Below are positions 56,099 to 64,000 of a stretch of DNA of 64,000 nt, piece after piece. The stretch covers positions 179,614,001-179,678,000 of the forward strand of contig OX597814.1 in the NCBI GenBank assembly GCA_951406725.2. Direction: 5' to 3'. The notes under the pieces are model-generated. The model was given only the letters and a program-made list of their open reading frames with translations, was not told the DNA's origin and ran no database searches. Made by a program: the position numbers and the translations under genes. This DNA is from Octopus vulgaris. Its lineage: Eukaryota. Position 1 is the first letter of the stretch. The number at the start of each line of letters is the position of its first letter.

Positions 56099-56320
56099 CA
56101 TTATGATTTCTTCAAAACGTTATGGTATTTTCACTCCCTCTTTGTCAAAACCCATTGGAGTATACTGTTATTGGAATTTTTTTTAATTTTTACTTTTGTG
56201 TTACATATCCATCCTATATGCCCTATAGAAAAACTTAACCCACCACTTACTATTTTAAGTTTAGTCATTTACTCAACGTACCAAAGCGACACATAAGCAA
56301 AATGGTATGATTTAAACATA

Positions 56321-56551
56321 GGCGGCGAGCTGGCAGAAACGCTAGCACTCCGGGCGAAATGCTCAGCGGTATTTCGTCTGCCGCTACATTCTGAGTTCAA
56401 ATTCCGCCGAGGTCGACTTTGCTTTTCATCCTTTCGGGGTCGATTAAATAAGTACCAGTTACGCACTGGGGTCGATGTAAGCGATTTAATACCTATGTCT
56501 GTCCTTGTTTGTCCCCTCTATGTTTAGCCCATTGTGGGTAATAAAGAAATA
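56321..56551 (+). mobile_element. SINE family B
   Basis: 17-bp TSD ggtatgatttaaacata at 56304-56320 and 56552-56568. Confidence 0.93.
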
Positions 56552-57055
56552 GGTATGATTTAAACATATCCAGCCTTTCGTTTTCCTCTCTAGGCTCTTC
56601 TTCCTTTCTTTTCTTTATGTATTTATTTTTCTTCATTCTGATGAATTTCCATGTTCCAATATCGGTTCTATTACCAAATAGGATGAACATTATTTTTAGA
56701 ATATCAATGGCAATACCATATAACATTGGAAGCAGAAACAGCTGTTAGATGGGATACAGTCTATTTGTATTGAATTTAGGAATAATAATTGATGTAAGTC
56801 AATTGGTATTGATCAATATTTCTCCATTTTCTATTTACTTTCTGTTGGGTTCCTGATAAACTCATGTTTATCTTTGCTATTACCTGTAATCTATGCGTAT
56901 GATATGCTTGCATATGTATGTCCGGGGTTAACATAGGTAATTATAACGGTAGCATAACGGATACTTTTATACCTTAGACGGATATTCCAACCTCTAACTC
57001 TACTAACCTTATATATAAATATATATATGTGTGTGCGTGTTTGTGTGTGTTTCTG

Positions 57056-57106
<51 letters not shown>

Positions 57107-57161
57107 TTATGCATATGTTATGAATATATGTATATATGTATATATTTACATATATACATAC

Positions 57162-57206
<45 letters not shown>

Positions 57207-57470
57207 CTATAGAGTCTACTAGAGCAGATGCAAGCGCTAGTATATGATTTGTAAAAACATGTGACATATTAATAAATATCCATAAATATAAAACCAGCCC
57301 GATTTCTGAGTACCTTATTTCTTCTAATATATATAATACCTGTACATCATCTCCAAACCATCTAATATATATATATATGTATATATATATATACGTATAT
57401 ATATGTGTGCGTGTGTATGTACATATATACATATGCGTGTGTGTGTGTGCGTTTATGCATATGCTATGTA

Positions 57471-57539
<69 letters not shown>

Positions 57540-57546
57540 ATATATG

Positions 57547-57669
<123 letters not shown>

Positions 57670-58357
57670 AAGTTTACAGACAGATATACTGACTGCTAGT
57701 TAGACATGTGTACATACAGAGACAGAAACAATTGGAAAAATAGACTGATAGACAACTATAGCGGCGTATATAGAGACGATATACTAGGGTACAGTCATAC
57801 TAAGAGACCAAAAGTTAGTGCGATAGCGCACATTATCCAATCACTAACCAGCAAGCGTATCGTAGCAACAGTAATTTTGACAACTATGCGAGCGGAGACA
57901 AATCGGAAAACGATTTACCTTCTTCAACACCAGCATACTAGTATGCAGACACTTCAACACCAGCATACTAATGTGAGAGAGACAATATATAAATAATATG
58001 TCTAACTGGACAAGAATATTTCTCCAGGCTATATAGTAGTAAATTTATTGCTTTTATATAGTATATTTTGGTAATTTAGAACATTTCCTGTATACAGTAT
58101 TATATTCACACGTCCAGGATACTTTCGTACATTCAGTGACAAAATTTATATTAAGCGTCTGTTTATATCTAACTTCATAGTTAATAAATAGCTTGGGTAA
58201 GTAATGCGTAAGCTATATCAATTGCTCTATACATACTCACAGATATACACACGGGCATCTATATATATATTGGGCGCATAAGGTATTTGAGGACAGTAAT
58301 ATACTTACACAAAAATGACTCTTAGAAACAGACAATAATGCCTTTTTACTGAAAAAG

Positions 58358-58742
58358 AGGAGGTGCAATGGCCCAGTGGTTAGGGCAGCGGACTCGCGGT
58401 CGTAGGATCGCGGTTTCGATTCCCAGACCGGGCGTTGTGAGTGTTTATTGAGCGAAAACACCTAAAGCTCCACGAGGCTCCGGCAGGGATGGTGGTGATC
58501 CCTGCTGTATTCTTTCACCACAACTTTCTTCACTCTTACTTCCTGTTTCTGTTGTACCTGTATTTCAAAGCGCCGGCCTCGTCACTCTCTGTGTCACGCT
58601 GAATATCTCCGAGAACTACGTTCAGGGTACACGTGTCTGTGGGGTGCTCAGCCACTTACACGTTAATTTCACGAGCAGGCTGTTCCGTTGATCGGATCAA
58701 CCGGAACCCTCGTCGTTGTAACCGACGGAGTGCTTCCATCCA
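58358..58742 (+). mobile_element. SINE family A, full length
   Basis: 13-bp TSD tttactgaaaaag at 58345-58357 and 58743-58755. Confidence 0.93.
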
Positions 58743-58789
58743 TTTACTGAAAAAGGTTTTGAAGATAAGAACAAACATATTCGTTCGGA

Positions 58790-59800
58790 ATTTTATTTAA
58801 TAAATTCTCCTTCAGCTCCAATAACGGCTTCTTTGCGAGCTCTGAATCCCCTACATACTAGGATCAAGTTGTCTGTGTTCATATTGGACATTATTCTGGC
58901 TGCTGAGGCTCTTCGGTATTCTTTGATGTTATGCGGGTGCTCATTAACTTCTTTCTTAACTACGCTCCATACATAGTAGCCCAATGGCTCTGGGGAGCTA
59001 GGAGGCCAAATGTTAGGGGTTATGTGGTCATGAAAATTTTCAGCCATCCATTCAAGCGTGCTGTAACCTTATATGATGATGCGTACATTATCGATCCATC
59101 GCTTAACCACTGTATTCAGAATATCTATGTAGGAAGCAGACCTTGTGGAAAGAAGTGAGGAGGCATTATATAACCTTCATTGCTGAGAAACCCGCAAACC
59201 ATAACAGTTGCAGGAAATTTTGTATGCATTACTCCTGGAACTTCCTAAGGGTCTGTACATAGGCCTATTGCTATTCTGTTTACTTACTGATCTTGATCAA
59301 AGATTTTCTCGATTGAGAATAACCAAATGACATCTTTCTCTACTGGGTTTTTAAGTTTGTTCAGGAATCTTTTAGATCTGATTACGCCATTTTCCTTCAC
59401 TATTTCTGACATGAAATGACCTTTGCTCATCGCATAATATTTGCATCTGATGACTTTGTGGACAACAGTTCGGATTGTTTCTTCTGCAATCAATTGTTTC
59501 TTTTGCAATCAAGCTCATGTATCTTCTGGGATTGTCATCAATGGTCTGCTTTACTTGTTGAATAAATTCTGGTGTACTAATAGTACCAGTGCATCTACAA
59601 TGTTTTTTACGTTTTGATATTGGCGATTCACTTCCGTCTTTAGCCTGTAACACTTTGCAAATTTTGTAGTTGAAGGATCTGGCGACATTTAACATTCGTG
59701 CTATTTCTAAATTGCTATGTTCAGCCTTTATAGCCACGATGAATGCGTGTCTCTTCATTCCTTGTGTAATCATGCGGCTGTCATTGATAATTCTGAAATA
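58790..59800 (-). mobile_element. Degraded Tc1/mariner transposase (DD37D/maT-like)
   Basis: HTH (HSNLEIARMLNVARS), WLFSIEKIFDQDQ (FSDEK), NFHDHITPNIWPPSSP..YYVWS; frameshifts and stops. Confidence 0.85.
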
Positions 59801-59872
59801 TATATAATATTAAGTTGATAAATATGCTGCTACAATAAAACAACATATGTCCTAACGCACCCAGTATATATT

Positions 59873-59919
<47 letters not shown>

Positions 59920-60093
59920 ATATATAAGAGAGAGAGAAACATAGACACACATATATATATTTAACACATATACATGTATATACATGATATAGATATACAT
60001 ATAAGTATGTGCGTGTAATGTGTGTATATATATATATATACGTACAACCATATATGTGAGCGCGCGTGACCTTTTTTATGGGGTGTGTTTTGT

Positions 60094-60155
<62 letters not shown>

Positions 60156-60404
60156 GTGTAGGTGTGCACATGTAATTTATGCATTTTTTATTTTATTTTT
60201 TCTTTCAGTCATTAAACTGCAGCCATTCTGGGGTTCCACCTTGTGGCCATTGACCCACTACAGATTTTTCTAAGCCTAGTATTTATTCTGCCGGTCTCTT
60301 GGCTGAAGTACTAAGTCACGGAGACAAAATACACAGCACCAGTTGCCAAGCTGTGATAAATGACATTCACAGACACAAAGTCACGCACGCTCACGCACGC
60401 TCAC

Positions 60405-60810
60405 ACAGGCAACAAGACTCAACACCACGCCACACAAGCAGAAGAACCCAATCAAGACTATCAGACAATTTCTGCCACCACATCACCCCTAACATCTAGC
60501 CACCTAACTCCCCACACTGCAACCCTGTTTATTATGTGTGGGGCCCAGTTGACTGAGAGACCAACAAAACTCCTTGATAAACTGAAGGCAAGTATTATGG
60601 CAGCATTCACTAACTTAAACAAGGAGAATGTCCAGAAGAGTTGCAGGAGATTCCGAAGTTGTCTGGAGGCCGTGGTTGAAGCCAATGGCTATTTCATTGA
60701 ATAAATTTACTCTTTAGTATTTCAATATATTCTTATGTAATTTTGGTAAATATATCCGTTAAAATGAGATGTCGGTGTTATTTTCATTTTTGCGTAATTT
60801 AGACGACAGT
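60405..60810 (+). mobile_element. 3' fragment of a related Tc1/maT transposase
   Basis: QQDSTPRHTSRRTQ..DNFCHHITPNI*PPNSP; CRRFRSCLEAVVEANGYFIE*. Confidence 0.8.
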
Positions 60811-60989
60811 TGCTTCTCCAGGTGCCGAACCGCAAGCCCACTGTACATTCCACATTCTTTACTTCCCTGTGTTTCTCTGCCTGTCTTTGTCGGTCTGTCT
60901 GCCTTTCTGTCTATCTGTCTCTCTTTTTGTATACACACACATACACAAACACACACTCACACACGCATATATATAATATAGAAAGATAA

Positions 60990-61031
<42 letters not shown>

Positions 61032-62168
61032 GATATATGTATACAGGTAGTACATGCATACATCCATACATGCATGCATGCATGCATGCATGCATGCATG
61101 CATGCATGCATGCATCCATCCATCCATCCATCCATGCATACATACATACATACATACATACATACATACATACATACATACATGCATACATACATACATA
61201 CATCCATACATACATACATGTGTACATACATGTATGAAAGCTGTAACTATTATATTAACGAAGTATTATATTGTGCACTTACACGCGTGCAACTACTGTC
61301 TGTCATTGATAAAGTGATTTCCTTTATAAGTATTAACTTCTTATCTTCAAATACCCAAGCATAAAATACATTATATCTTGCAGCTGTACGGATTTATTAT
61401 GTGGCAATATTCATCTAGGTCGATTGGTGCTTAGTTCCGTCTCTAACCTTCTGTTCTTGATAAATGTGGTTGCATCTTGGCAATGTGCAAGTATAAGGAT
61501 GAGGTAATAGTGTGAACCATCGTATTTGTTTTTGCTTTTGCTTGCCCAACCATGCTGAAACCTGTAGTGGCTTCATAAAAGCAGTTACACTTTTCATTTT
61601 ATTTCTCGATGTTTGGTAGAAACTAGACTATTGTTATGTGTGTGTGTGTGTGTGTGTATGTGCGTGTGCGTATGTGAGTGTGTTATGGTTATATATGCAT
61701 ATATATATATATATATTTATGCATATATATATATGCATATTTATTTATTTATTTATAGTCATAAGTATATGTATATACAAATAAATTTATGTATATATCA
61801 ATATATATACATATATGTGTATATAATAATAATTACCACATGTATGTATGTAATAATAGCATACATATATACGTGTGCGTAAATATTTGTACATTCATAT
61901 ACATACATATATATAGAGGTACATACGTTTTGTGAGCTAGCAATTGTGCGTGTTTGTGTGAAATTTTACATACAAATATTCATATGCGATTATATTTGGT
62001 CTTTGATTTTGTGTGAATCATATTGTTACCTGAAATCAAGTAAAACTTACCTATATTTACACCCTCACCCGTCTACATAGCTGTATGTGTGTATATGTGC
62101 GTACCCGCAGTCGCAAAAATAACACAAACACATATATACATACTTGCATGCACACACACATATCTATA

Positions 62169-62215
<47 letters not shown>

Positions 62216-62632
62216 TCACGCACACGCAAATATGTGTATATACATATATAAGCACATCTATATTTGCATATATATGTACATACACACACACTCACACACA
62301 CACACATATATATGTTGCATGAATACCAGTGATATTAAACATAATTTTGATTAAAACAAGAATGGAACTTTCCTTGATAATAGGAAATATTGAAATGAAG
62401 CGAAGTCGAATGAAAATAATTTCATTTTCAACAATAAGGTAAATATTAACGCTATTTTCATTTTGTCGTGTTTGTACTTTCTATTGCTTTATGGTTTAGA
62501 TATATTAAACTGTACATTTCTTCAGGGTAATGGTTCATAATAAACATTATTTCATATTAATTCGTACATACCCAATCACTCTGTGAAGTATATTTGAAAA
62601 TTGCTGTAAGAATTTACATTGGTTTTGGCTCT

Positions 62633-62700
<68 letters not shown>

Positions 62701-63364
62701 TTCAATTTTAATCTATTTTAGCCCATTATCATATTATATTCTAGAAACTATTTTCTTTATCACAATAACACAATTTTGAAACTCATAACATATGCTCGAT
62801 ATTGCTTATATTATATTTTGTTTTCATTTTTAACACAGGGGAGATTATCTTTCCGTGGGTATTCTATAACTGACATGCTACCTTGCATTAAATTCTGTCT
62901 AGATCTGGCATTATGTCCCATTATTGCCAAAATCGTTTTGACAAGTTTCAAAGCTTGTTCATTCGAAATAGCTCCACGTATTATGCATGAAAGAAATATT
63001 ATGGTTATGAGGTTGTTGAAGTGCTCGTCTCGACTTAAGCTGCCTGTACTTTTCCATAACAGATGTGTACCTAACGAGTTTAAGTTTATACAAATTACAT
63101 AGGTAAACACTTTCTAGATGTATATGCTCGAGTTTGTATGTGTAGTCTCCTTAATTATAAATTTGATGGTTTATCATAAATTTTGAAGTAAGTGGGAAGA
63201 AAATATTGAAGGCCAGTCTACTCTCCCAAAACTTACATCTTAAAATAAGTACTTTGGTTAATGCAAACATAGATGCACTAAGATTCACAAAAGACAAAAT
63301 TTGAGTAAAAGTCTCAGCAGTAACAAAAGCTGAAAAAATGAATCTACATTAATTTTATCTGATT

Positions 63365-63597
63365 TAATCAACCAAATATGAACCATTTTGTTGCACAATG
63401 CGTCTCCATCTTTCCTTTACCGTGAAAATACCCTCTTCCCAGAATTGAGGTGGTTTCATGGCAAATAATTCATCAAGGCATCATTTTAGGTCATCCAAAG
63501 AATTGAAATTTTTACCATTAAGACTATTCTGCAGATACCTGAATAAGTGGAAATCCGAAGGAGCAATATCTGGTAAATTTGGAGGGTGGGGTAACAC
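63365..63597 (-). mobile_element. mariner (DD34D) transposase C-terminal remnant
   Basis: Manual translation VLPHPPNLPDIAPSDFHLFRYLQNSLNGKNFNSLDDLK*...FWEEGI...RWRRIVQQNGSYLVD*. Confidence 0.85.
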
Positions 63598-64000
63598 ATC
63601 TACATGGCTATAAACAATATGACGTCATAATTGGAAAGTGGCAATCAAATGCTGTACCTCGTGTTAAAGCAGCATGAGGGTCTTGGGTTGCTCTTCTTAG
63701 ACTCATAGATGTGTAAATGTTCTTGCTTTGTGACTTATAAATCAATTTCCATTCCCTAGAACGGAGAAACGGCGTTCACTTGACTTCAATACCTCGAAGC
63801 TAAAGAGTGGGAGCAAAATAAATTCTGATGAAGGACAAAACTGATATATTTTCAAGTTTTGAGGTATTTCTTCAAGCTGGCGGGAGATTTTTTATCCTTA
63901 TTCACTACTTTTGAAACTAATCTTCCATAAAGTGATTATAGCGATTATGAATTTCTTATAAGAACTGTGTTTCTTTATATCGCGGATTAAACCTAAGCGT

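Overview
Eukaryotic, AT-rich, repeat-saturated non-coding DNA. Its SINE repertoire, Dong/R4 and RTE LINEs and microsatellite density point to a cephalopod, most likely Octopus (inferred, not database-checked). I found no convincing host protein-coding gene, and most listed ORFs are translated microsatellites. Recognisable content: several tRNA-derived SINE families (five copies with clear TSDs), R4/Dong-like LINE fragments in (TAA)n, two inverted RTE LINE copies ending in three C2H2 fingers, two Penelope-like (GIY-YIG, Naiad-type) fragments, Tc1/mariner, hAT and Helitron relics, and a tRNA-Glu pseudogene. The most notable signal is a set of type I hammerhead ribozyme (HHR) motifs from several unrelated sequence families, about 5 with intact cores and about 6 degenerate. 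Two stand out: (i) a 489-bp, ORF-less, highly structured retrozyme-like unit in tandem plus inverted arrangement (26872-27941); (ii) a composite SINE with a tRNA/Pol III head, an (AAT)n spacer and an HHR tail, seen in three copies, one split by nested (TAA)n-targeting insertions. All structures were read by eye; none was computed.
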